From Candidatus Moraniibacteriota bacterium (GTDB taxonomy: Bacteria; Patescibacteriota; Minisyncoccia; Moranbacterales; UBA1568), in the NCBI GenBank assembly GCA_013334575.1, contig JAAXXG010000001.1, forward strand, positions 208,315-272,314: DNA of 64,000 bases. The letters are read 5' to 3'. Below the pieces are notes generated by a model. The model was not told where the DNA came from, ran no database searches, and was given only the letters and a program-made list of their open reading frames with translations. Positions 48,670 to 58,544 of the stretch are shown here, in pieces. The stretch's first letter is position 1. Each line of letters starts with the position of its first letter. Made by a program: the position numbers and the translations under genes.

Positions 48670-49242
48670 TCAGACGAACCTCAGCTCCTCCCAACGGGCC
48701 GGGTCGGATTCAAGCGCGGCGAGCGTCGGATGGTTCCGGTCCTTATCCGAAATCGTAAGTCCCTCGCGGATCGGCCAGTCGATACCGAGTTCGGAATCGT
48801 TCCAGAGAATACCGCGGTCATGATCGCGGGAATAGACGTTGGTGCATTTGTAGGAGAAGACCGTATCGGGTTTCGTCGTCAGGAATCCGTGCGCGAATCC
48901 CCGGGGAATAAAAAACTGTCGGTGATTCTCCGCAGAGAGCGTCACGGCGACATGCTTCCCGAAGGTCGGTGAGTCGCGGCGGATGTCGACCGCCACGTCG
49001 AACACCTCTCCCGAAACGACCTGGATGAGCTTTCCCTGCGAGAAGGGTTCGGCCTGATAATGAAGACCGCGCAGTGTTCCGACCGGTCTCGAGAACGAGA
49101 GATTGTCCTGCACGAAATCCGGCAGACCGATCGCGGCATACCGTTCCCGGCTGTAGGTTTCCTTGAAATAGCCGCGCTCGTCCGAAAAAACGTCCGGCTC
49201 GATGATGAGGACTCCGGGAATCTCCGTTTCGATGACGTTCAT
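48670..49242 (-). CDS. rmlC: dTDP-4-dehydrorhamnose 3,5-epimerase
   Basis: Cupin RmlC motifs (RGLHYQ ... FIPRGFAHGF ... NVYSRDHDRGILWND). Confidence 0.9.
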   Translation of the reverse strand: MNVIETEIPGVLIIEPDVFSDERGYFKETYSRERYAAIGLPDFVQDNLSFSRPVGTLRGLHYQAEPFSQGKLIQVVSGEVFDVAVDIRRDSPTFGKHVAVTLSAENHRQFFIPRGFAHGFLTTKPDTVFSYKCTNVYSRDHDRGILWNDSELGIDWPIREGLTISDKDRNHPTLAALESDPARWEELRFV

Positions 49243-49344
49243 AGGCGAAAGATAAACGCTTCCAGTATACCCGTAACGGACGAAAAACGGTAGAGACGGG
49301 GCATGCCCCGTCTCTACGCTTCGGACCGGATTCTGGATTTGCGC

Positions 49345-49752
49345 TTACAGCCGGATATCGTTCATCACGTCGTCCAGCGTCCGTTTCGCCGGTTCCGGCT
49401 TCGGTTCCTCGGAACGGGACTCCGACACGGGCGCCTCCTCGTGACAGACCGCTTCCGTAGGAACATCGGACGACGGCGTCTCCTCGTGCCGATGACCACG
49501 GGTCGACCCTTCCGGCTCGTTGATCTTGAGATTCACGCGGGCGTTGTTCTTCGCGCCGATGACGCGCAAGAGAGTACGCAATGACTTTGCCGTCATACCC
49601 TCGCGCCCGATCACCATGCCCATGTCGTCCGGATGCACGTCAAGCGTTATCAACACGCCCATCTCGTCCACCTTGCGCGAAACCTTCACTTCTTCCGGAT
49701 GATCCACAAGCGCCTTCACCACGTATTCGATGAACTCCTGGTCACGTTCCAT
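49345..49752 (-). CDS. KH-domain RNA-binding protein (KhpA/YlqC-like) with acidic C-terminal extension
   Basis: IEYVVKALVDHPEEVKV ... GMVIGREGMTAKSLRTLLRVIG type-II KH pattern (GxxG). Confidence 0.7.
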   Translation of the reverse strand: MERDQEFIEYVVKALVDHPEEVKVSRKVDEMGVLITLDVHPDDMGMVIGREGMTAKSLRTLLRVIGAKNNARVNLKINEPEGSTRGHRHEETPSSDVPTEAVCHEEAPVSESRSEEPKPEPAKRTLDDVMNDIRL

Positions 49753-49832
49753 ACGCTTCCCTTACGTCGTTAGAGGGACACCCGTCTTCCCATCCTCAGT
49801 ATACCGCGGGCGTTCGGAGTGTCAACGAACGA

Positions 49833-51188
49833 TCAGGCGTCTTTCATCCACTCCGACGGAGGAGAGAAGGGCTTCGCCCGCCACGAAGCGGACTGCCGGC
49901 AGAGAACCGATGACGCCTCTTCTTTATTTTCAAGCAACGCTTCGGATACTTTCTCCATACGGACGCCCTGTGATCCCTTCACAAGTACGAGATCACCCTC
50001 GCGTACGAGATCCGAAGCGGCGGCCGCGGCTGAATCGGGATCCGAAAACACGAGTACCGAACCATGCGGTACACCGCGTGACAGCAGCTCCTCGCCGAGT
50101 GCGGCCGAGCGAGGTCCGACAAGAATCATAAGCGAGACGCCCGCGGCAAGCACGTCGTCGGCAAGTGCCCGATGCTGCTCCTCCGAACCGGAACCGAGCT
50201 CGAGCATATCGCCGAGCGCGATTATCTTGCGCCGTGCGGGAATTTCGGAAAGGGTCGAGAGTGCGGCTCGAACCGATGCCGGCGAAGCGTTGTATGTGTC
50301 ATCGAGCACTCCGGATCCGTTCCGACCGACAAGAAGGCGCAAGCGCCCCGGGAGCGGCACGAACGATTCGAGCCGTTTCGCGATATCGACGAGATTCATC
50401 GCTGCCGCGATGCCGACCGCCGCTCCGGCAAGCGCATCGGAAATGTGATGCCTGGCGATTACGCCGGGTAATCGGACCGGGATCGATTTTCCGGCATAGT
50501 TGAGCTTGAAACTCGATCCGAGTCCGCCGCCTTCCGTCACCTGCGGAATCACATGATCCGCACGGAGCGCCGCTTCCGGGGAAAACCCGTACGTCACGAC
50601 GACACCCTTCACTTTCTTTCCCATGTTCAGGACGCGGGAATCGTCCGCATTCAGGACGGCGAATCCGTCCGCGGGAACGGAAGTGACGAGCCGTCCTTTC
50701 TCCTTGGCGATATTCGCAAGACTTCCGAAGTATTCGAGATGGCTCTCACCGACGTTCGTCACCACGCCGACCTTCGGGGAGACGATCCGAAGCAACTCGG
50801 CCATGTCACCCGGACGGTCCACTCCCATCTCGAGTACGAGCGCTTCCGGATAGCCCGGAAACAGAAGCGACGGGAGGAATCGCACGCACGCCGAGAGAAT
50901 GCGTGAAAACGCGGTACCCCCCTCGGGAACGCCGAGCACGGTCAGAGGAAGGCCGACCTCGTTATTGAAATTCCCCTCGCTCTTCCGTACCCGCATCGTA
51001 CCCGACAGAACGAGTGCCGCCGCTTCCTTGGCGGAGCTCTTTCCTACCGATCCGGTAACACCGACGATAAGCGGCCGGCGGCGGCGCAAGACGGTGCGCG
51101 CCATAAACCCGAGCAGCTGTTCGACCGCCCTGAGTTTCGCGCTTTTTCCGTCGTTCCGGTGTGTCATAGTCATTCGGGCAGTATACAT
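49833..51188 (-). CDS. murF: Mur ligase, most likely UDP-MurNAc-pentapeptide synthetase MurF with shortened N-terminal domain
   Basis: P-loop GVTGSVGKSS. C-terminal DDTYNASPASV (the MurF DxSYNANP motif). P-loop unusually close to the N-terminus (residue about 44). Confidence 0.7.
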   Translation of the reverse strand: MYTARMTMTHRNDGKSAKLRAVEQLLGFMARTVLRRRRPLIVGVTGSVGKSSAKEAAALVLSGTMRVRKSEGNFNNEVGLPLTVLGVPEGGTAFSRILSACVRFLPSLLFPGYPEALVLEMGVDRPGDMAELLRIVSPKVGVVTNVGESHLEYFGSLANIAKEKGRLVTSVPADGFAVLNADDSRVLNMGKKVKGVVVTYGFSPEAALRADHVIPQVTEGGGLGSSFKLNYAGKSIPVRLPGVIARHHISDALAGAAVGIAAAMNLVDIAKRLESFVPLPGRLRLLVGRNGSGVLDDTYNASPASVRAALSTLSEIPARRKIIALGDMLELGSGSEEQHRALADDVLAAGVSLMILVGPRSAALGEELLSRGVPHGSVLVFSDPDSAAAAASDLVREGDLVLVKGSQGVRMEKVSEALLENKEEASSVLCRQSASWRAKPFSPPSEWMKDA

Positions 51189-51257
51189 GTGATTTCGGAC
51201 GAAATCGAGAATCGTGACAAATATTGGCTTATTAAAGCCTTGTAATTTCTTCGAATT

Positions 51258-53042
51258 TCATTCCGAACCGGGAATCGGCTCCGTCGTCGGCACTTTCGCA
51301 TAGGACAGCAGGAATTTCATCATGGCTCCGAACATCGGAGCCGCACTCGACTCGGCCCATTCGACATTCTTGGGATTGTCGACCTTGGTCAGGACCACGA
51401 ACTTCGGATCGGCGATCGGCGCATATCCCACGAACGAACCGATCGACAGCCCTTCCTCGTACCCTCCACCGCCTTCCTTGGCAACCTGCGCGGTTCCCGT
51501 CTTTCCTCCGACGCGGTATCCGGGAACCGCCGCGCGCTTCCCGTGCCCCCGAAGGACCACGTCCTCGAGCATCTTCCCCATCTTCTCGGCCGTCTCCGGA
51601 CTCACGACCTGACGTATCTCTTCGGGCTCGACGACCTCCTCACGGCCGTCCTCGTAGACATACTTCGAGACGATCCGCGGCTTCATGAGGATTCCATGAT
51701 TGGCCAACGCCCCGTATGCGGTAATCAGCTGCAACGGCGTCGTGGTAACACCCTGGCCGAACGACGCGGTATAGAACTGTATATCGCGCCGCGTCTCCGA
51801 CAGGTTTCTGGTATTCCCGGGAAGTTCCGCAGGCAGGTCGATGCCCGTCCGTTTTCCGAAGCCGAACTGGGCCAGCCGGTCCGCGAACCGCGCGTTCCCT
51901 ACCAGGCTCTCGACATGAATCACGCCCGTATTGATGGAATCGTTCAGCACGCCATACATGTCCGTCTTCCCGTAGCACTTCTCCTCCGCGTTATGCAACA
52001 CGTATCCGGACACGCTCACCGAGCAGGGATCGTCGAACGCGGTTTCCGGCTCCACCTTCCCCTCGTCGATGCCGATCGCCATCGTGATAGGCTTCATCGT
52101 GGATCCCGGCTCATAATTCACGCTCACGGTCGGATTCATGAACCGGGCATAGTCGTCGACTTTCCCGTACTCGTTCGGATCGAACGACGGATTCGACGCC
52201 ATCGCGAGTATCCTGCCGGTAGAAGGCTCCATGACCACGATACTGCCGCCGTCTCCGGCGAACTTCTCGACCGAGTCGCGGAGAATGACCTCCGCCTCGT
52301 GCTGGATGACATGATCGATCGTCAGCACGACGTCGGGCCCCTTCTCGGCAGGAACCATGACGCGATCGTCCGTCGAGATCCATCGTCCGGCGGCATCGCG
52401 CATCTGCTCGACCTGCCCCGACCTGCCCCGAAGCTTCTCGTCGAACCACGACTCGATGCCGTATCTGCCGACATCCCCCTGACCAGGCTCACCCGGGCTG
52501 ACGAACCCGACGACCTGCGATGCCAGATCGCCGCCGGAATAGTACCTGTACTTCTCCGTCCGCAGGTGCACGCCGGCAAGGCCGAGCGTCTCGATCCGTG
52601 AGGCCTCATCATCGGAAAGCTTCCGCTTGATCGGAACGAACTGACTCCGAAGATTCGCGCATTTCGAACGGATCTCGTCCTCCGGAACGCCGACGATACC
52701 GGAAAGCGCGGCGGCGGCGGCAGGTATGTTGTCCATCTCCCCTGGAACGAGAAACAGAAGCGGGTACTCCCGGTTCACCGCAGCGGGATAGACGGAGTCG
52801 CCCTCGCGAAAATAGACTTCGCCCCGATCCGGGACCAGTTCGGCCGAGACGGAATGCTGGTCGGCAGCGGCGGCGCGCCATCGTTCGACGTCGAATATCT
52901 GAAGATCCGCAAGTCTGATCGCAACGACGGCAGCCGCAAGCAGCACGAAAAAAAGAAGGGCGCGAACCCTTCCGGAACCGGTCGGAGCCTGACGGCCCGA
53001 CCGATCGATCGCCCCAGTCGTAGACGTCCGTCTCGTCGTCAT
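51258..53042 (-). CDS. ftsI: Penicillin-binding protein 2 / FtsI-type transpeptidase
   Basis: STMKP (SxxK), SIN (SxN) and KTGTA (KTG) motifs. N-terminal TM and dimerisation domain. Confidence 0.85.
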   Translation of the reverse strand: MTTRRTSTTGAIDRSGRQAPTGSGRVRALLFFVLLAAAVVAIRLADLQIFDVERWRAAAADQHSVSAELVPDRGEVYFREGDSVYPAAVNREYPLLFLVPGEMDNIPAAAAALSGIVGVPEDEIRSKCANLRSQFVPIKRKLSDDEASRIETLGLAGVHLRTEKYRYYSGGDLASQVVGFVSPGEPGQGDVGRYGIESWFDEKLRGRSGQVEQMRDAAGRWISTDDRVMVPAEKGPDVVLTIDHVIQHEAEVILRDSVEKFAGDGGSIVVMEPSTGRILAMASNPSFDPNEYGKVDDYARFMNPTVSVNYEPGSTMKPITMAIGIDEGKVEPETAFDDPCSVSVSGYVLHNAEEKCYGKTDMYGVLNDSINTGVIHVESLVGNARFADRLAQFGFGKRTGIDLPAELPGNTRNLSETRRDIQFYTASFGQGVTTTPLQLITAYGALANHGILMKPRIVSKYVYEDGREEVVEPEEIRQVVSPETAEKMGKMLEDVVLRGHGKRAAVPGYRVGGKTGTAQVAKEGGGGYEEGLSIGSFVGYAPIADPKFVVLTKVDNPKNVEWAESSAAPMFGAMMKFLLSYAKVPTTEPIPGSE

Positions 53043-53080
53043 ATGATCACGTACCGGGAAAGATTTCCGAGATCCCGACC

Positions 53081-53422
53081 CTATCGCAACGCGACCGCAC
53101 CGCGGCCCCCGACGGTCTTCATGTCGGTAATCCTGTCCATGGACCGCTCACGAACGGAACTCTCGATGCGGGACAGGGAAAGCGCCTGAGCCTCGTCGAG
53201 CCGGAGTTTCCGATTCTCCTCCTTGAGAGATTCGATATCGGACTCCGCTTTGCGGGCCTCATACCCTTGTACCGCTCCCAGATTAAGCGCATACACATAC
53301 CCGATGCTCGACAGAAAGAACACGAACATCCCGACGAGCGCCATCGGATGCACGGCACCCGAAAACGTCCGCGAACGTTTTCGCGAGCCTGTCTGCGCGG
53401 AAATACGATAATCCCTTGTCAT
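53081..53422 (-). CDS. ftsL: FtsL-like cell division protein (TM + coiled coil)
   Basis: 113 aa. TM MALVGMFVFFLSSIGYVYAL then coiled coil. Canonical position between rsmH and ftsI. Confidence 0.5.
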   Translation of the reverse strand: MTRDYRISAQTGSRKRSRTFSGAVHPMALVGMFVFFLSSIGYVYALNLGAVQGYEARKAESDIESLKEENRKLRLDEAQALSLSRIESSVRERSMDRITDMKTVGGRGAVALR

Positions 53423-53476
53423 ACGCCTGCCCCCCTGTTCGATTTTTCTGTTTGTTTTTTCCGTCGCCGCCTTGTC

Positions 53477-54442
53477 TTACACCCGCTCCGCGAACCGGAG
53501 CTTCGCGCTCCGTGCCCGGGGGTTTTCCGCCGTCTCTTCCGCAGTCGGAACGACGAACCTTGGCGTTCCGAGCCGGAGCAGAGGTTTTCTTCCGCATACG
53601 CACGCCGGAAACTCCGGCGGACATACGCATCCCTTCGCCATCTCGCCGAAGATCCGTTTCACGAGCGCATCCTCTCCGGAATGGAAGGTAATGACCGCGA
53701 TCCGACCCCCCTTCCGCAGAAGCGGTACCGCCTCCCGAAGGAACGATTCGATCGCCGCGAGCTCGCCGTTGACCTCTATGCGTATCCCCTGGAAGGTCCG
53801 CGTCGCCGGATGGATACCCATCCCGCGTCGCTCCTCGGGAGAGAAGCACGCAGCCACCGTTTCGGAAAGGTCGGTCGTCGTCCGAAACGGACGTTCCGAC
53901 CTTCGCGAGATGATCGCGCCCGCGATCTTCCGCGCCTTCGGCTCATCACCGTATTCCCGAAGGATCCTCACGAGCCGCGACTCATCGTACCCGTTGACCA
54001 CCCGTTCCGCCGTAAGCTCCGTCCGCGGGTCGAGCCGCATATCGAGCGGTCCGTCCATACGGAACGAGAACCCGCGCGACGGGTCGTCCATCTGGTCCGA
54101 CGAGAACCCGAAATCCGCGAGAACCGCGTCCGCCTGGGCGATACCGAGAGAACCGAGCGTTTCCCTGATCCGGGAAAAATTCCTTCCCACCGTGACGAGC
54201 GACCCCTTCATAGCCGCTTCACGCACGACCCCGTCCGACTCCGCGGAACCGAGGAAACGCTCGATCGCTCTCTCGTCGGCATCGAATGCGACGACCCTCC
54301 CACCGGGGGTCACGCGCGAGAGCATCTCCCGCGTATGACCGCCGCCCCCGAGCGTCGCGTCCACTGCCGTATCGCCCTTTTGAAGGTTCAGCGCGTCCAC
54401 CGCCTCCCGAAGGAGTACGGAGACATGTCTCGTCTTGCTCAT
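53477..54442 (-). CDS. rsmH: 16S rRNA (cytosine1402-N4)-methyltransferase RsmH/MraW
   Basis: HVSVLLREAVDAL...DATLGGGGH SAM-binding signature. Confidence 0.9.
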   Translation of the reverse strand: MSKTRHVSVLLREAVDALNLQKGDTAVDATLGGGGHTREMLSRVTPGGRVVAFDADERAIERFLGSAESDGVVREAAMKGSLVTVGRNFSRIRETLGSLGIAQADAVLADFGFSSDQMDDPSRGFSFRMDGPLDMRLDPRTELTAERVVNGYDESRLVRILREYGDEPKARKIAGAIISRRSERPFRTTTDLSETVAACFSPEERRGMGIHPATRTFQGIRIEVNGELAAIESFLREAVPLLRKGGRIAVITFHSGEDALVKRIFGEMAKGCVCPPEFPACVCGRKPLLRLGTPRFVVPTAEETAENPRARSAKLRFAERV

Positions 54443-54557
54443 AACAGTCCGGGCATCAGGAATGAATCGTTCCGCTTTCCGTCTTCGTGTTCATTTCCGA
54501 TGTCCGCCCTGTTCGTGTTCCGCCGTCCGTCGACCCGCCGCTCCACGATTCCGGAAC

Positions 54558-54992
54558 CTAGTACACCCCCAGCTTCCCAAGCTCCTCGGCAACCTCGCCG
54601 GCGCTCTTCTCCGCATCGGTCTTGTACGACTTCCATGCGTCCTCGTCCCAGAGTTCGAGTCGGTTGAAGAGTCCGACGACGATTACGTTCTTCCCGAGTC
54701 CCGCGTATTCCTTGAGGTAATCGGGAATGAGGATCCGGCCCTGGGAATCGAGCTCGACATCGGTCGCTCCGGCGAGCTGAAGCCGCACGAAGCTCCGCGT
54801 ACCGGACTCGCCGACCGGCATGGCGCCGAGCTTCTCGGCAAGCGCCTCCCACACTTTCATCGGGTACACGAAGAGCGAACGGTCCAACCCGCGAGTGACG
54901 ACCACCCGGCTTCCGAGCTCCCCGCGGAACTTCGACGGAAGCGCGAGCCGCCGCTTCGGATCGATGCTGTGCGAGTATTCACCGATGAACAT
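54558..54992 (-). CDS. mraZ: Transcriptional regulator MraZ
   Basis: Two DPKRRLALP-type repeats (IDPKRRLALPSKFR ... DSQGRILIPDYL). Start at internal Met MFIGEY. Confidence 0.85.
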   Translation of the reverse strand: MFIGEYSHSIDPKRRLALPSKFRGELGSRVVVTRGLDRSLFVYPMKVWEALAEKLGAMPVGESGTRSFVRLQLAGATDVELDSQGRILIPDYLKEYAGLGKNVIVVGLFNRLELWDEDAWKSYKTDAEKSAGEVAEELGKLGVY

Positions 54993-55429
54993 AGGTTCAC
55001 CACTATTCCCCACTTCTTGGCACTTCCCTGCCATTTTACTCCACTCTTCTTTCCAGTGTCAACACTCCGAAAAGAATCAGAATCGATGCCTTATATAAAG
55101 GAAAATCCTTCCAATAACCGACGAAGACCCCTCACCGATCCTTTCGAAGACGGAGTGGGTCTATATCCCTCGCACCGAAATCAATCTACGATTGAATCCA
55201 AACAAAAAGGAGCTGGATTGATACCAGCTCCCGAAGAGGACTCACACCCGCGCTACCATTCGAACCACTGATTCAACAACTCGGACGCATCTTCCCGCCG
55301 TTCGTACAGCAGTAACCAGGCGAACGGCCACGCCACTACGCCGAGCACATTCGAAACTGGCGAAATGAAGCCCTTTAATTCCGCGCTTGCGAACACACAG
55401 CGCTGTTCGAATTTTCTCAGATACCGGCG

Positions 55430-55655
55430 TTAATGACGCAGCGCAAGCATCGCCAATGCGAACACGTGCATACCCGCCAGATACGCGAACGCCGCAAATT
55501 TGAGGTACGGACCGACAAAACCGACGCCGAATACCCACAAGGCAAGCGCCGGAAATACAGACACGCTCACGATGAAAAGCGCCCACGTGACTACAAATAC
55601 GACGACGCCGATCAACACCTTGAGTACAGACGCATCCTTCGATCTTCCGAACATG
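55430..55655 (-). CDS. Small 2-TM membrane protein, hypothetical
   Basis: Hydrophobic helices VLKVLIGVVVFVVTWALFIVSVSVF and FAAFAYLAGMHVFALAMLAL. Start uncertain. Confidence 0.35.
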
Positions 55656-55742
55656 CGACCCCTTTTTCCCACGTTAATGAACCTTGACCGATCGCAGCAC
55701 GACCTGCCATCTTTTTTCAAGCCACCGAGAAATAGCGACCTA

Positions 55743-56483
55743 TCAGAGCCCCTCTGTCAACGGTCCTCCGCGAAGATACCCCTTCCGCTCCGCTTCCGGC
55801 AGCCGCTCGATCGCGTAGCGGAGCATGGTCCGCGGCATGCGCGAGGCATACGCATCAAGAAATGTACGAAGAACGGAAATATCCCTCTTCCCGACCTCTC
55901 GGAGCATCCATCCCGCCGCCTTATGGATAAGATCGTGCCGATCGGCAAGGAGCCGCTCCGCGATCGAAAGCGCATCAGCGAAATCGCCCTCGCGGATGAA
56001 CGAAAATGTCGAGACGATGGCGATCCGTCGCTCCCAGAGGTTATCCGACTCCGCGAGCGTATACAGAATCTTCCGCTCCTTCTTCCTCTTCGTGAGGTAT
56101 ACACCGATCGTCTTCGGCGCAATCACATCGACGAGATCCCAGTTGTTCATCGCGACCCGACGGGAAAGAAGGAAATCGAAAATCGCCGTCCGGTGATCTT
56201 CATCCGCCTTCGCGTACGCGTAGGTCAGGATGAGCAGGCCCGCCATGCGCGCCTCGTGATACCGGCTCGCAAGCAGTTTCGAGACTTCCGGAAACGGAAG
56301 ATCGAAGAATTCCTTCGAGATTTTCCGGATCTCCGGCACGGTGACTCCGAGAAAGATGTCCCCTTCCCCGTACTGCCCTTCGCCCGTCTTGAAGAAACCG
56401 GAAAGCACCTGAGCCTTTTCCGAAGACGCACGCTCTCTCAGCCTGTTCAGTACGGTCGTCGATCGCACGTTTTTCCGTATCAT
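55743..56483 (-). CDS. DNA alkylation repair enzyme (AlkD/AlkC-like HEAT-repeat glycosylase family)
   Basis: 246 aa all-alpha. Motifs ...NNWDLVD... and KAAGWMLREVGKRD characteristic of the PF08713 family. Confidence 0.7.
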   Translation of the reverse strand: MIRKNVRSTTVLNRLRERASSEKAQVLSGFFKTGEGQYGEGDIFLGVTVPEIRKISKEFFDLPFPEVSKLLASRYHEARMAGLLILTYAYAKADEDHRTAIFDFLLSRRVAMNNWDLVDVIAPKTIGVYLTKRKKERKILYTLAESDNLWERRIAIVSTFSFIREGDFADALSIAERLLADRHDLIHKAAGWMLREVGKRDISVLRTFLDAYASRMPRTMLRYAIERLPEAERKGYLRGGPLTEGL

Positions 56484-56570
56484 ATCCGTTCATGCTGGCA
56501 GGAATCGCCGGAAAAGGCAAACGAAAAAAGAGGGCGCCGCAACGACACCCCCTCAAGCCCGTTCGGGCGA

Positions 56571-56834
56571 TCATGTTCGGGCCTTTTTCTTCGGTTCGTA
56601 CAGGCGATAGAACGAAGTTTCCCTCACTCCGCCCCTTAATATCGTTCCCGTCACGAAATATCCGCCATCCCCGTACAACAGCACGGCACCGAAGCAGCTC
56701 TCTCCGGGAAGTTCGATAACGCACCGATCGTGCCGGCCGACCCGCACGCTGACGCGGTCCCGAGGCTTATCGAACATCCGGCAATACGCGTCACGAAACG
56801 CTTCTCCGATTCTTTCCTTCCGATTACTCATCTC
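56571..56834 (-). CDS. Hypothetical small protein (about 87 aa)
   Basis: ORF with plausible internal start MSNRKERIGEAF. No motif recognised. Confidence 0.3.
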   Translation of the reverse strand, partial: EMSNRKERIGEAFRDAYCRMFDKPRDRVSVRVGRHDRCVIELPGESCFGAVLLYGDGGYFVTGTILRGGVRETSFYRLYEPKKKART

Positions 56835-57063
56835 GTTTCCCTTTTGAACTGACCGCGTGCCGAAACCGCTGCGACACGCAAAACGACCGTCACGATCCGA
56901 AGACGGAATATGCAAAAACCGCCGATTATCAGAATCACCAGACGAAGAAACGTCCGTTCTCCCGGATTGTTAAGGTCGTTTCCCTTATATCAGGGAACCG
57001 GGACCGTGGCAACAGGGACACGGAAATGCTACACTGCGACCAAGAGAACATAACCGAAATCCA

Positions 57064-57279
57064 ATGAACCGGAGCAAGAAAGAGACGCTCGCCTATTTCG
57101 GCAAGCATCTCTACCACCTGACCGGGATCGTGCTCGTCTGGAGGGGCGTCTGGTATATTTTGGACCTAATCGACGCGACGCTCTTCAGCGGCGGGCATAT
57201 CCTGACCGCGCTCGGCGGCATCCTTGTCGGACTCCTGCTTCTCTATCTCCCCGACGGAGACCTCAAGGAGATCATCTGA
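57064..57279 (+). CDS. Small 2-TM membrane protein (71 aa), hypothetical
   Basis: LTGIVLVWRGVWYILDLI and ILTALGGILVGLLLLYL helices. Lone + strand ORF between minus-strand genes. Confidence 0.35.
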   Translation: MNRSKKETLAYFGKHLYHLTGIVLVWRGVWYILDLIDATLFSGGHILTALGGILVGLLLLYLPDGDLKEII

Positions 57280-57283
57280 AAAA

Positions 57284-58540
57284 TCATTCCCCCTCGAACC
57301 GGACATACTTCCGTCCCTTGAGCCGCTCGGGCAGGTAGTCCTGCTTCGCATCCTCGGGGTCCTGGAAGTCCGGCGTGTATTTGTATCCTTTCCCGTAGCC
57401 GACGTCCTTCATGAGCCGGGTCGGGGCGTTTCGCAGATGGAGCGGGACGCCCTCGCCGGGATAGCGGTTCGCGTCGGCTTTCGCCTCGCCGTAGCCGACA
57501 TAGAGCGCGTTCGACTTCTTGGACTTCGCCAGGTACGTGACCGCCTGCGCGAGCGCGAGCTCACACTCCGGCATGCCGATATATTGGCATGCCTGATATG
57601 CGGCGATCGCCTGTGGCAGCGCGAAGGAATTCGCGAGTCCCACGTCCTCGGACGCGAACCGCACGAGCCGTCGCGCGACGAAGAGCGGATCCTCCCCCGC
57701 CTCGAGCATACGCGCCAGCCAATAGAGCGCCGCGTCCGCATCGCCGCCACGCATCGATTTATGCAGGGCCGAAATGATGTTGTAGTGTTCCTCGCCGCCC
57801 TTGTCATACAGGAGGTGCGGCCGCCGTACGACCGCCTCGACGGTTTCCGCCGTGATCCTCTTTCCCGAAGCCGCACAGGCCTCGAGGGTATTGAGTGCCA
57901 TGCGCGCGTCCCCCGCCGAAACCTCGGCGATGAAATCGATCGCCGCTTGGTCGGCCTCGACGGCGCCTGCCAGACCGCGCTCGTCCGCAAGCGCCTGCCC
58001 AAGGATTCCCGCGACCGCCCGCGGGGAAAGCTTCTCGAGCACGACGACGCGTGCCCGCGAGAGGAGCGCGGCGTTGACCTCGAAGCTCGGATTCTCGGTC
58101 GTCGCCCCGATGAGCGTCAGAAGCCCGCGCTCGACGTGCGGCAGGAGCGCGTCCTGCTGCGACTTGTTCCACCGGTGGATCTCGTCGATGAAGAGGATCG
58201 TCTTCTTCCCGGTCTCGCGGTTCCGTTCGGCCACCTCGACGATGCCGCGGAACTCCTTCACGCCGCTCCCGACCGCGGAGAGCTGCTCGAACTCGGCCGA
58301 GGTCTCGTGCGCGACGATGGTCGCCAAGGTCGTCTTGCCGGATCCCGGCGGCCCCCAGAGGATAAGTGACGGCACACGATCCTCCTCGATCGCCGCACGA
58401 AGAAGCGACCCTTCCCCGAAGAGTTTCTCCTGCCCGAAGAACTCCCCGAGGGTCCGGGGCCGCATCCGATCCGCCAGAGGCGCGGATCGCGGAGTTGGAT
58501 TCTTTCGCTGTGCCATACGTATCCGGCTCCCGGTCGACAT
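57284..58540 (-). CDS. rarA: Replication-associated recombination protein A (RarA/MgsA AAA+ ATPase)
   Basis: LILWGPPGSGKTTLA Walker A and ILFIDEIHRWNKSQQDALLPHVE (Walker B / sensor). C-terminal MgsA domain. Confidence 0.9.
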   Translation of the reverse strand: MSTGSRIRMAQRKNPTPRSAPLADRMRPRTLGEFFGQEKLFGEGSLLRAAIEEDRVPSLILWGPPGSGKTTLATIVAHETSAEFEQLSAVGSGVKEFRGIVEVAERNRETGKKTILFIDEIHRWNKSQQDALLPHVERGLLTLIGATTENPSFEVNAALLSRARVVVLEKLSPRAVAGILGQALADERGLAGAVEADQAAIDFIAEVSAGDARMALNTLEACAASGKRITAETVEAVVRRPHLLYDKGGEEHYNIISALHKSMRGGDADAALYWLARMLEAGEDPLFVARRLVRFASEDVGLANSFALPQAIAAYQACQYIGMPECELALAQAVTYLAKSKKSNALYVGYGEAKADANRYPGEGVPLHLRNAPTRLMKDVGYGKGYKYTPDFQDPEDAKQDYLPERLKGRKYVRFEGE

Positions 58541-58544
58541 TCCG

